49,474 nt of DNA from Chiloscyllium plagiosum (lineage: Eukaryota), in assembly GCF_004010195.1 (NCBI RefSeq), contig NC_057720.1:18483615-18533088 (forward strand). Direction: 5' to 3'. Below the pieces are notes generated by a model. It did no database searches. It had not been told where the DNA came from and saw only the letters and a list, made by a program, of their open reading frames with translations. Shown piece by piece: positions 37,001 to 46,620 of this stretch (position 1 is the stretch's first letter; every line of letters starts with the position of its first letter). The translations under genes were made by a program, and so were the position numbers.

Positions 37001-39542
37001 TTATTACAGTGCCCACACAACAGATCTTGAAAGTTATTAGTCATAGTATAAAAGGGTGTGTAGCAACATCAATGCAAAATTGGCTGAATGATTGGCAACA
37101 GTAATGATTAATGTATAGTTTTCAAATTGGAGAAAGGTTTGCACTGGTGTTCCCCAGGGGACTCTTGCTTTTCCTTATATATGTTAATGAGCTGGATCTT
37201 GGTGTGTTATGGATAATTTCAGTATTTAAAGATGATACTAAACTTGAAAGAATTGTAAACTGTAAAGGACAGAACTTCAGAAGGATTTTGATAAGTTCGT
37301 ATTCGCAGAAGAACATTGAAGGATAACAGAAAATAGGGGCTACAATTCTAAAATGGATGCAAGAGCAAAGGGTGATATTCCAACAGATTATTGAATTTAG
37401 TAGGGCAGATGGAGAGAGCAATTAATGAGGCAGAGTGTTTTCACCTATATTAATAGAGGCATACAGATAAGAACAAGGATGTGATGTTAAACTTTTACAA
37501 GAATCTTGCTAGACCTCAGCTGGAGTATAATATACACTTGTGGGTGTACATTATAGGAAAGATGTGAATGCATTGAACAAAGTGCAGAAGTGATTTACAA
37601 TATGGTATAATGGTAGTGTCCCTACCTCCGGAATCAAGAGACCGGGGTTCAAGTCCCACCAGTTCTTCGGGTGTGTAGTAACATCTCTGAACAGGCTGAT
37701 TAGGAAAACAGGTTAAATAAAAGACGAGTTAAGTGCCTTAGTGGGCACTGTCTGTGTGGAGTTTGCACATTCTCCCCATATCTGCGTGGGTTTCCTCCGG
37801 GTGCTCTGGTTTCCAACCACAGTCCAAAGCTGTGCAGGTCAGGTGAGTTGGCCATGCTAAATTGCCCATAGCGTTAGGTGCAATAGTCAGAGGGAAATTG
37901 TCTGGATGGGTTACTTTTTGGAGGGTCGGTATGGACTTGTTGGACCGGAGGGCCTGTTTCCACACTGTAGGGAACCTAATCTAATCTGAAGAATGGTTCC
38001 TGGAATGAGAAATCTCGTTTACGAGGATAGATTGAGGAAGTTGGGACTGTTCTCTTTGGTGTGAAGAAAACAAAGGAGATTTAGTGTTTCAAAATCATAA
38101 GTAGGCTGAATGGAGATGGGGAGAAGCTGTTCCTACTCGTAAAAGAGAGGAAAAAAGAGAATGAGGAGGCATAGACTTAGTGATATGCAAACAAAGCAAG
38201 GACGATGTGTGAGAAACTTTTTCATACTGAGTGTTTAGGGTAAGGAATGCACTGCTTGGAAATGCAGTGGAGGAAGATTCGATTGAGGCATTCTTAGAAA
38301 TGGTGCACAGAGCCATGGGGAAAACACAGAAGATTGGCACTAGGTAATAGAACAAGTGTAAGCCAAATGACTGCCTCCTGCACAGTATCAATTGTGAGAT
38401 TGTGAATAAGTCTTGAGAGACTTAAAAGTCAGTAAAAGGTCCAGAAACAGAAGTTTAAAAGATGAGTTTAAGGAACACACTCCATAATAAATGAGCTGAG
38501 CTAGCTTGTTTAAGGGTCTCCAGAACAGACATTGACGAAACAACAGTTGATAGCAGAAATCTTCTGAAAATAAGCCACTTAGGGTTGTATGTTTGTGCCA
38601 ACTGAATAAGAAACTTTAAAGTGAAAGCAGGTGGCTATTTACTGAGCTTTGAGTGTAAGTTGTGGGTTAAAAAGGTAAATCTTTATGTCTGAGACTATGT
38701 TTAAGTTTTTGTATCGTGTGACGTTTTTCTTTTATGGAATAAACTGTTCATTTTTCAAAGTGCCATTGACAGCCTTGAGAATATATTCAGTAATAGATTC
38801 ATGGTTAAAAGAAAAACACAAGACATGTGTTCTATCAAGCTTAAACACACTCAGGAATGTCTAAATTGTTCAGTACTACAGCCAGCTGGGATCATAACAA
38901 AAATATAACTTCAGTTAGGTTGAAAATTGAACTTAACATTTTATCTTCCATCTTCCTATCCCACAAACGGAAAAATTTATAAATTGGATGTTTCTATTTA
39001 TGACTTAGTTACTTTGGTTGGAGCAATGTGATGATCATGGTTGTTCATAGTGGCACCTGTGCAGTGAAGCTGAGTAAAACTTAATATTTTTGAGATGTGA
39101 GCAGTATTGGAAATTAGACCTATAAATGTTACTTTTAAAGTAAATGTTTCTTTTGAAAATTTCAGCTCATTTTATCGTTTTATTTTTATTTAGCCTTTCT
39201 GGTCCAAGAAGAAAAAATCGTACTGTTAGATCTTGGCCATTAACATTGCAACGTTTGAAAAAAAGAAGAGGCCATACTTCACCTAGAAATTTTCAGGCCC
39301 AGACATCAGAAAGTGGAAATGATAATGATGAAAAAGATAATTGCCAGTATGAAGGACTTGATACAGAAGTCATCAATGATCAGGACATGCACCTGAATCA
39401 TTTAAAATCATCTATTACTAACTATTTTGGTGCTGCTGGTAGACTTGCCTGTGGTGAAAAGTATCGAATCTTGGCTCGTCGGGTGACTCTGGATGGCAAA
39501 GTGCAGTACCTCGTGGAATGGGAAGGAATAACTGCATCTTGA
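9940..39542 (+). CDS. MTF2: Metal response element-binding transcription factor 2 / Polycomb-like 2, 5'-partial; join(9940..10035,10121..10221,11129..11277,14595..14690,16655..16723,17290..17413,18311..18378,21276..21464,23433..23544,29138..29229,31320..31427,39194..39542)
   Basis: Twelve exons with AG/GT boundaries splice into one open frame (1553 nt = 2 + 517 codons including TGA). Peptides such as [56 protein letters not shown] and [39 protein letters not shown] match human MTF2 as I recall it, rather than PHF1 or PHF19. Confidence 0.97.
10121..10221 (+). CDS. MTF2: MTF2 exon, PHD1 second half ([33 protein letters not shown])
   Basis: caatag| acceptor, AAG|gtacgg donor, 101 nt; the preceding intron is only 85 nt. 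Confidence 0.96.
10380..10960 (-). mobile_element. Old CR1-like LINE 3' fragment
   Basis: RTRGHLKL..., [20 protein letters not shown]. Confidence 0.75.
11129..11277 (+). CDS. MTF2: MTF2 exon ([49 protein letters not shown])
   Basis: ttgtag| acceptor, GA|gtaagt donor, 149 nt. Confidence 0.96.
12681..12834 (+). mobile_element. Mini Penelope-like insertion with an inverted 5' arm
   Basis: Perfect 14-bp TSD CAATTATTAACCTA (12667-12680 and 12835-12848); half hammerhead GGGCTTATACCC-GAAAC. Confidence 0.88.
12849..13157 (+). mobile_element. tRNA-headed SINE, same family as 8290-8613
   Basis: GGGTTCAAATCC, ggaatttgaattcaa, ggcaattggggatgggcaataaatg. Confidence 0.78.
14595..14690 (+). CDS. MTF2: MTF2 exon, PHD2 ([31 protein letters not shown])
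   Basis: tgttag| acceptor, AG|gtgatg donor, 96 nt. Confidence 0.96.
16655..16723 (+). CDS. MTF2: MTF2 exon, end of PHD2 ([22 protein letters not shown])
   Basis: cattag| acceptor, TG|gtaagt donor, 69 nt. Confidence 0.96.
17290..17413 (+). CDS. MTF2: MTF2 exon, EH/winged-helix domain ([41 protein letters not shown])
   Basis: tcccag| acceptor, GAG|gtaagg donor, 124 nt. Confidence 0.97.
17822..18145 (-). mobile_element. HE1-like SINE, young copy
   Basis: Full-length reverse complement of the 9562 family with a (gatta)n tail. Confidence 0.92.
18311..18378 (+). CDS. MTF2: MTF2 exon, EH domain ([22 protein letters not shown])
   Basis: ttgtag| acceptor, AT|gtaagt donor, 68 nt. Confidence 0.95.
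18807..19011 (+). mobile_element. Mini Penelope-like insertion (family B) with inverted arms
   Basis: gaaattgctggaaaggctcagca pairs with tgctgagcctttccagcaatttc; degenerate TSD aatactttcatgtaa / aatatttcaatgtaa. Confidence 0.78.
20310..20892 (+). mobile_element. CR1 LINE 3' end
   Basis: [23 protein letters not shown]; ends in ctctatgactctatgac. Confidence 0.92.
21276..21464 (+). CDS. MTF2: MTF2 exon, EH wing with the CpG-reading lysines ([26 protein letters not shown]...PVAAK)
   Basis: aatcag| acceptor, AG|gtaaag donor, 189 nt. Confidence 0.96.
21988..22630 (-). mobile_element. CR1 LINE 3' end, inverted relative to the 20310 copy
   Basis: Clearly similar reverse complement of 20310-20892. 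Confidence 0.92.
23433..23544 (+). CDS. MTF2: MTF2 exon, Lys-rich linker ([37 protein letters not shown])
   Basis: aatcag|tag NAGNAG acceptor, GTA|gtaagt donor, 112 nt; resembles human NGIEKKGKKKS; phases fit the neighbouring exons. Confidence 0.88.
25158..25688 (+). mobile_element. Penelope-like element (family C): GIY-YIG C-terminal remnant with inverted termini
   Basis: 13-bp TSD AGAGAGGATTTAT / AGATAGGATTTAT; peptide IHEH*LATKRHD...[29 protein letters not shown]; hammerhead-like motif at 25612-25645. Confidence 0.85.
26422..26457 (-). ncRNA. Minimal type I hammerhead ribozyme motif, intact core
   Basis: Reverse strand reads ATTC-CTGAAGA-A-GGGCTTATGCCC-GAAACGTC-AATT. Confidence 0.7.
28146..28181 (+). 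ncRNA. Minimal type I hammerhead ribozyme motif, intact core
   Basis: ATTC-CTGAAGA-A-GGGC(TTAT)GCCC-GAAA-CG-TC^GATT; predicted cleavage after C28177; activity not demonstrated. Confidence 0.75.
29138..29229 (+). CDS. MTF2: MTF2 exon, linker ([30 protein letters not shown])
   Basis: taacag| acceptor and a weak AG|gttgtt donor; 92 nt restores the frame between the phase-0 and phase-2 neighbours; the LDLP motif is also in human MTF2. Confidence 0.8.
29290..30180 (-). mobile_element. CR1 LINE 3' part, older
   Basis: [26 protein letters not shown]. Confidence 0.85.
31320..31427 (+). CDS. MTF2: MTF2 exon ([35 protein letters not shown])
   Basis: ttctag| acceptor, AG|gtaatt donor, 108 nt; resembles human SNTSDVDFTGASSAKETTS. 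Confidence 0.93.
31752..31856 (-). mobile_element. HE1-like SINE 5' fragment
   Basis: tRNA-like head on the minus strand; a 3' fragment of the same family lies on + at about 32003-32182. Confidence 0.8.
32718..33783 (-). mobile_element. Young CR1 LINE RT fragment; contains gap 32884-33465
   Basis: [50 protein letters not shown]. Confidence 0.93.
34492..34881. mobile_element. Penelope-like mini element (family D) with an internal fold-back
   Basis: TSD tgctttgtcc(t)gga; degenerate hammerhead on the minus strand at about 34542-34577; imperfect inverted arms 34608-34722 and 34730-34818. Confidence 0.75.
35470..35640 (-). mobile_element. Penelope-like family C terminal fragment
   Basis: Matches 25192-25250 and 25545-25688 (tttgctcgctgagctggaaggttc; gatgtcatttcct). 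Confidence 0.75.
35654..36369. repeat. Near-perfect long inverted repeat: 347-bp arms with a 22-nt spacer
   Basis: 35654-36000 is the reverse complement of 36023-36369; one mismatch seen (35893/36130). Confidence 0.97.
36190..38390 (+). mobile_element. Old CR1 LINE remnant interrupted by SINEs (about 36557-36895 and 37600-37987)
   Basis: [39 protein letters not shown]. Confidence 0.8.
39194..39542 (+). CDS. MTF2: MTF2 last coding exon, C-terminal chromo-like (PRC2/SUZ12-binding) domain
   Basis: atttag| acceptor; ends ...[12 protein letters not shown] followed by TGA. Confidence 0.97.
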
Positions 39543-40157
39543 TTCCTGTAATAAAGTTTCTTTTAGAGGCTTAGTTTATGTTGTGAACTCTTGAACTTTT
39601 GAAGCTGATCTACAGACAGTCATTACAGTCCTAATGTGTCTCGGCTTCATGCATATTTCTAAATTTTATTCCTATGCAACTGAGAACTTTAAACCCTGGG
39701 AATGGGTGACTTCGAGTAACTAGCCATAATCTTCAATATTTTCAGGAACCATTTGTAATATTTTACAGTGTCTTTCTCCACTCAGGCTTATCTCAAGAAT
39801 TTTGGTGCTACTGCTTACAACTGTGTACTTAAAAAATACCTGCAGGGATTAATTAATCTGTAGGTCAGTCTGTACCAAAATGAAGTTATGTGTTTTTTTT
39901 ATATTGTCTGTAGCTTTGTTAGATGTTCAAATTTTTGTGTTGAATTCACAAGGTGAAGAGTATTGCCTTTTGATGTAGCTGTACTGTACCTGGCAGTTTT
40001 GTACCTTGATGATCACACCGATACCTCTGGAATTTAAAAAAAATGTAACCCAGGATTGTTTTTAAAACCGGCAACTTTTTTGTAATTCTAGTTTAAGCAA
40101 ATGTTAGTTATTGCCATGTGTCTCTAAAGAATTTGAAACGGGCTGGTTTAGCCAAAG

Positions 40158-40163
40158 AATAAA
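40158..40163 (+). terminator. Candidate distal polyadenylation signal of MTF2 (a proximal AATAAA is at 39550-39555)
   Basis: AATAAA after about 620 nt of repeat-free AU/GU-rich 3'UTR-like sequence. Confidence 0.55.
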
Positions 40164-41015
40164 ATTCACACATTAAGTAATTCAGAAGTGTGTAGCTTTT
40201 AAAAGTCAAGTTTTACACAATTTCATTCCATAATCTACACCATTTGCAATACTTTCCTCCTCACTTTTACTCATTATTCTGCCTCTTCATATTGTAATGA
40301 ATCATCATTTATTTCCAGGTGTCTATAAGAAACTATATTTTACTAGTCTAAGATTCTATAGGCATTTGTACTCTTATAAATTTTGGATCAGAGTCACTTT
40401 ATTCAGTATTGGCATAGGGCAGTTGTTTTTGGGTTCTTGCCCTTTCTGGAGGTTGTGGTGGCTGGCCGCCTTGTAATACCATAATAACCTTTGTACTAAT
40501 CAGCTGTTCCCCTCCAAGCCAGTCATCATCAGGACTGGGAAACAAATTTTTCAGCAACGTTCTAGCCAAATTGCACTGCCAAAACAAGTGTTATCTCAGA
40601 ACTACCTGTAATTCAAAACATGCCAATTCAATTATGACATACTAGATTCCTCCATTGTCATTAGTACAGATTTCTGAAATTCCCTCCAAGTGCATTGTGG
40701 GTCAATCTGCAGCATCTGCACTACATCACTTCAAGAAAGCAGCTCATCACCACTTTCAAGGGCAACTAGGGATGGGCACTAAGTGTTAGCCAACCAGCGC
40801 TGCCCATGTCCCCAACTGATTTTTTTTTTAAAAATCCAACCATACAACATTCATTGATTCTCCTTTATCCATACATCCTCAAAACTCCCAAAGTTTTTCA
40901 ACATGGTTTCTCTTGAATGAATCCATGCTGACCATGTCCAATTTTGCAATTACCTTCTAAATGTTCAGTCTTCATATTGTTCACAATGGATGTTAATTTC
41001 TTCCTTACCACTATT

Positions 41016-41152
41016 GAAGAGAAAGTGAGGTCTGCAGATGCTGGAGATCAGAGCTGAAAGGAAAGAAGAAGGGCTTATGCCCGAAACGTCGATTCTCCTG
41101 TTCCCTGGATGCTGCCTGACCTCCTGTGCTTTTCCAGCAACACATTTTCAGC
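41016..41152. mobile_element. Mini Penelope-like insertion (family A) with an inverted tail
   Basis: 14-bp TSD TCCTTACCACTATT / TCCTTACTACTATT; hammerhead truncated within CTGAAGA. Confidence 0.87.
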
Positions 41153-41633
41153 TCCTTACTACTATTATCAAGCTGACAGATCTCTCGTTATTTATTTTCC
41201 TTCTTATCACAATCCCAATTGATGTGATTACTGGACTTTAGATGCTAAACAAAGCTGATTTGATAGATCAGTTTGTTTTAGTGAGATAGTCTCTCCCTGA
41301 TACACAAAACCAAATCTGCAACATTGCATTCTTAACAATAAAGCAGAAGTTTATTTCACAAAAGAAATAATCAAATAGAATAACTGTACACCAACTGAGA
41401 TGCTGAAACAGATAATCCCACCAATCCCAAAAGATACCTTGTCTAGGATCAAAGCACCCTTTGTAAAGCATTCATACTAGATGAGAATCCTTTCTTCCAA
41501 TATTCTTAAGTTTTAATTTAACTGATGTAAAATCCCAACCTAGTTAACCTGAGCCTTCTGGATACTTTCCTACAGCTGCACTTGAATTTTAATTATGAAA
41601 CCCCTCTCCTGCAGATAAACCTGTAGGCCGATA

Positions 41634-42193
41634 TAGGTAGTTCTCCTATAACTCTAGTTGTGTTCTAGCAAAACCTCGCTTAATACAAATAATGGGGCCT
41701 ATAGGAAAAGTGGGGTTAAGGGAAGACCAGCAAATCATTTCACTTAGCTGCTCAAAAATCACAGAGTATAGCACAGCCTGAATGAAGGCTGAAATATTTA
41801 TTAACAAAAGTAAATTTAACAGTACATTTTAAACAAATTTAAGAAAGCTACTCTGTCAGCAGGTGACTGGTGCATGTGCAGAACAGCACAGATGGGAGCA
41901 CACATCACATACACAGGATGGGCACAGAGACTTCAGCACTGACATGGTGCATGCACAGAATGTCACGAACTTCACCTGTGCGTAATGGCATGAAGACCAG
42001 CACCGATATTGTACATGTGCAGAACAGTGTGGAGATTTTAGCACGCATGTCTAGAACAAAGCATGCAAACCAATCCCCAATGAAATCGTGCTGTTGCCAA
42101 CACAGCTAAGTGTTCTCCAAAATACCATACCTTAATTCTTCAGTGACATTCTAGCCAAATTGCACTGTCGAAACGTTATCTCAGAACTATCTG
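41634..42193. mobile_element. Tc1/mariner-pogo type non-autonomous transposon with internal degenerate repeats
   Basis: Ends (T)AGGTAGTTCTCCTATAAC and GTTATCTCAGAACTATCTG followed by TA; internal CATGTGCAGAACAG-like units at 41870-42060. Confidence 0.65.
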
Positions 42194-42606
42194 TAATTCA
42201 AAACATGCAAATGCAATTATATTAAAATAAGCACAAATAACACCTTATTGTCTTTCATCCATTTATATAGTAGGTTTTCCCGTGTAACTTCCAGTCGCCA
42301 AAAACTTTTTTCAGAATCTGTAATTATGAAATAAATCACAAATGCAATCAGTGTGTTCATAGCCACTTCAACATTCTGGATAAATCTAATCTGCTCCAGA
42401 TTCATCAACCCTTAATCCAGTTTTTATTTTCAAATACTACATTTACCTATTGCTTCAGTTCTTCTGTTTTATGAACTCCTCAGTTACATGGTATTTCTGG
42501 AACATTTCTATATCTTCCTTCGAAAAGACCGACGCAAAGTATGTTTCTCTGACATTTCACTGTTCTCAGCTATAATGTTTGCACCCACCTGCAAAAAGGA
42601 CCCATA

Positions 42607-42815
42607 CAGGTCATTCTGCTATAATGCGTGTTTTATTAATGCAAATTCACTAACGCAATTGATAATTTGGAGACACTTTCTAAAGCGTGAACTTTTAAAA
42701 CGTGTTGGCTGCAACACAATTACATTGCCAACGCTTTAAGCGCTGTTTCTAAAGTGCAATTTTTCTATAATGCGGGGTTGGACAAGAACGCACCATCACA
42801 TAGAAGAACTACTTG
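42607..42815. mobile_element. Tigger-like MITE
   Basis: TA-CAGGTCATTCTGCTATA ... ATAGAAGAACTACTTG-TA. Confidence 0.7.
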
Positions 42816-43069
42816 TATTTGTGTTAGCAAATCTTCTGCTTTTATCATTTTGATAAAAGCTTCTTCCAGCTTTCATTCATTTGTTTCTTTCATTTAAGTT
42901 TCTTGGTCCTCCTTTCCTGGACCAGAAATTGCTTCCAATCTTCAATGTCACTATTCTTAGCATTCTTATACACTTTGTTTTATCTAATGCAATCTTCAAC
43001 TTCTGTTAATTGGAGTATTTGTGCCTTTGGGAATATAATCCTATGTAGACTTTGTCATTTAAAAAAATC

Positions 43070-44565
43070 CATAAAGACTATAAGAAAGGAGAGCAGAATT
43101 AGGCCATTTGGCCTATTAAGTCTGCTCTGTCGTTCTTATGTCTGCCATGTTTTCCAACCCCATTCTCTTGCCATAACCCTTGGTCCTCTTAATCAAGAAC
43201 ATATCTATCTCTATCTTAAAACCACTCAACATCTTGGCCTCCATAGCTTTCTACAACAATGAGTTTCACAGATTCACCACCCTCTATCTGGAAAGAAAAA
43301 TCCTCATCTCAGTTCTAAAAGTAATTTCTTCACTGAGGCTGTACCCTCAGATCCTAGTCTCTCCTACCAGTGGAAACATCTTGTCCACATCAGTCTACCC
43401 AGTCATATTCTGTAAATTTCAATAGACTACCCCCCACCCCCATCCTCTGAGTACACATCCAGAGTCCTCAACCACTCAAGATCATTCTTGTAAACCTCCT
43501 CCAAGGCCAGCACATCATTATTTAGATACAAGACCTAAAACTGCTCACAATATCCCAAATGTGGAGTGACCAGAGCCTTAAACAAAATGAGAAATTGCTG
43601 GAAAAACTCAGCAGGTCTGGCAGCAGTGAAGAGAAAGTACAGTCAATGTTTCTGGTCCAGTGACCCTTCTGCAGAACTGAAGGTCCCCATTAGCAGATAT
43701 TCATTCTGCCAGGCTGACCTGTATCCACTCATTTGTCTGTCCAACTGTGTTTCGGTCTTTTTGAGCTCGAGCTCCTGTTTACTCCTCCGCCCCCAACCCT
43801 CCATCCATTCCCTCTTCTGCATAAATACTAACCTTTTCCTAGCTACCATCAGATTGGAATAAGAGTCACTGGACCCAAAATGTTAACTCTGCTTTCTCTC
43901 CCCAGATGCTGCCGGACCTCCTGAGTTTTTCCGGCAATTTCCGTTTTTGTTTCCAATTTCGGCGGTTCGCAGTTCTTTCAGTTTTTTGACCAGAGCCTTA
44001 TACAGGATCAGCAGAACATCCCTGCTCTTGTATTCTCACCCTTAATTAAATTAATGCTAACATTGTATTTGCCTTCCTGACTGCCAACAATCTACATATT
44101 AACTTGAAGAAAATCCTGAACTAGGTCTCCCACGTCCCTTCATGCTTTAGATTTGCAAAGCCTTTCCTGTTTAGAAAATAATCTATGCCTCTATTCTTAG
44201 TACCAAAATGCCTTGCCTATACTGTCTTCCATCTGCCACTTCTTTGCCCAATCTCCTAGCCTGTTCAAGTTGTTTTGCAGCATCCCTGCCTCCTTAACAC
44301 AACCTGTTCCTCCACCTATTTTTGTATCTGCAAACTTAGCAAAAATGCCCTCAGTTCCTTCATCCAGATTATTAATACACGATGTGAATAGTTGTGGTCC
44401 AAACACTGACTCCTGCAGAACTCAGCTGATCACCAGCTGCCATCCTGAGAAAGACCCCTTCATCCCCACTCTCTGGCTGACTGGCAGAAGGCAATTCTCT
44501 AATCACAGCAGTACCTTGCCTAATACCATGAAATCTTACTTTGTTTAGTAGCCTCCTATGCGACA
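43070..44565 (-). mobile_element. CR1 LINE 3' part, interrupted by a PLE at 43581-43986
   Basis: GPQLFT..INNLDEGTEG.FAKFAD-TKIGG...LQNNLNRLGDWAKKWQM. Confidence 0.88.
43581..43986. mobile_element. Penelope-like insertion (family B) with inverted arms
   Basis: Perfect 14-bp TSD TGACCAGAGCCTTA (43567-43580 and 43987-44000); degenerate hammerheads in both arms. Confidence 0.88.
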
Positions 44566-44629
44566 CACACAATGACTACCTGTCTACAATCAAATCTTTC
44601 ACTGCATCTTCTCAATCCACCATCTACAA

Positions 44630-45635
44630 TTTGAGTAGTTGTGGGTATGTTTGCTGAGCTGGCAATTTGGATTGCAGATGTTTTGTCCCCTATCTAGGGG
44701 ACATCCTCTGTGCTGTGGAGCCTCCTGTGAAGCGCTGCTGTATTGTGTCGGTTAGAATTTGTGTGGTTTCGGTCCTATTACTTCTGGTTGCCAGTTCCCC
44801 TTATTTGTTGCAGTGGTCAGTATATTGGGTCTAGGTCACTGAGTTTGTTGATGGTGTCCGTGGATGAGTGCTATGCTTCGAGGAAGTCTCTGGCTGCCCT
44901 CTGTTTGGCTTGTCCTATTATTGTTGTATTGTCCCAGTTGAATTTGTGGTCTGTGTTGTCTGTTTGTATAGATACTCAGGATGAAAATGTGTTGCTGGAA
45001 AAGCGCAGCAGGTCAGACAACATCCAAGGAGCAGGAGAATCGACATTTTGGGCATGAGCCCTTCTTCAGGAATCTTGAAGAAGGGCTCATGCCCGAAACG
45101 TCGATTCTCCTGCTTCTTGGATGCTGCCTGACCTACTGCGCTTTTCCAGCAACACGTTTTCAGCTCTGATCTCCAGCATCTGCAGTCCTCACTCTCTCCT
45201 AGATCGTCAGGATAGCTGGTTGTGGCGTTTAGTGGCTGGTTGATGTACATGAATGCAGATCACTAGTTGTCTGCCTGTTCGATCTATATTAATGTTTCAT
45301 GCAGTCTCTGCATGGAATCTTGTATACCACGTTTGTCTTGCACATGATGGGTATTCAGTCTTTTGTTCTGGTGAGTTGTTGCCTGAGCTTGGCTGTGGGT
45401 TTACATGCTGTCATAAATCCGAATGGTCAGAGGAGTCTAGCTGTTGGTTCTGAGACTTTTTTTTATATAAGGTAGAGTGGTTAGTGCTTTAGGTTGTGAT
45501 ATGTCCTTATTGCATTGTTTGTCTGCTAGGCATCTGTTCTTGGCAAAGACTTTGTAGAGGTGTTTTTCTTCTTTGTTTTGCAGATTGGGAGTGCTGTAGT
45601 ATGTTGTAGCCCTTTTGAAGAGAGTCCTAATAGCA
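44630..45635 (-). mobile_element. Older Penelope-like element (related to family C) hosting a nested mini-PLE
   Basis: Minus strand encodes HKFNWDNTTIIGQAKQRAARDFLEA, similar to the 25158 copy; degenerate hammerhead at about 44675-44712. Confidence 0.78.
44983..45199. mobile_element. Mini Penelope-like insertion (family A) made only of two back-to-back hammerhead-bearing ends
   Basis: TSD TAGATACTCAGGAT / TAGATCGTCAGGAT; palindromic junction cttcttcagg-aat-cttgaagaag. Confidence 0.88.
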
Positions 45636-46239
45636 AACCCTTACACAAACCTTGATCATCAATTTAACTTTCATATCCTTATATCTTCCATTTTCAGATG
45701 CTAATTTCAGAATAAATCATATACATTTAACCTTCCTGTAAAATTCTATCACTTTCTGGCGTTCATAGGGACGCCTTTTTCATTTCAGAAGACCAAACTC
45801 AGAATTGGGAAGGGTTCTTCTGAAGAGGGTCACTCGACCTGGAACTTTAATTCCACTTTCTCTCCCCAGATGCGAACAGACTTGCTGAGTTTTTCCAGCA
45901 AATTCTGGTTTTGATTCCAAACTCAAAAATAACTTGGTTCCAAAAACGAGGCTCTCGGCGGCTAAACACCTTGAGGGTGTCTTGGTTCTGTGGAAAAGGC
46001 AGGAAAATGGATACCAGCTTGAGTTGCCCTTTCTGAAAGCCAACATTAACAAGAAGGGCCGAGTGCCTTCGACAATGAGCTCAATACAGTATGGAAGTTC
46101 GCATAAGGTCTGAAACCTTCATCAAGGCCGTTGTAATTGACGAGTTTATCATTTTTCTCCAGTCGCCCTGAAAAACTGTCGCATCAACCTCACTCATGAT
46201 GTGCAGTTCTATTGCGGACTCCTATCCTCTTCTCTTTAA

Positions 46240-46620
46240 CGGTCGCCAACACGCCCGCCTCGATTTGACAAAGCCGCGCGAAAGCGGATGGGAAAGACAG
46301 GTCCGCGCTGTCCAAACGGAAAACCATATTGGAGGAGCAAGAGTGCAGTGCGACCAATAGAAATGGCGGATGTGTTCCAGCCGCCCAATGGGAAGGGTGT
46401 ACTGACCCGTGCTATCCAATGGGAAGGAGGCAGGTACATGTTATCCAATGGAAAGGCAGAGCCCCGCGCTGTCCAATGGGGAGGGTGGAATGGCTCGGCC
46501 GGGCCCAGTGTTGTCCAATTGGAACGGTGGAAGTGCTGGGCCCCGCGCTGTCCGATTGCAGGCGGCAGCAGCGGCGTGGAGTGGGAAGATGGCGGTGGAT
46601 TGGTCATGTCCGTTCAGTGT
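46240..46620 (+). promoter_or_regulatory. CpG-rich promoter of an unidentified gene: E2F site, array of CCAAT boxes, YY1 motif
   Basis: GCGCGAAA at 46276-46283; CCAAT at 46354, 46385, 46416, 46445, 46473 and 46515; reverse ATTGG at 46328; AAGATGGCGG at about 46586-46595; high local CpG in an otherwise CpG-depleted window. Confidence 0.8.

Noticed and set aside
46300..46560. Repeat-spacer pattern superficially like a CRISPR array
   Set aside because: Vertebrate DNA, degenerate units and no cas genes; explained as CCAAT boxes.
46589..46603. MAVDW start resembling fish TMEM14-family N-termini
   Set aside because: Only five residues, a poor donor, and no following TMEM14 exon found in the window.
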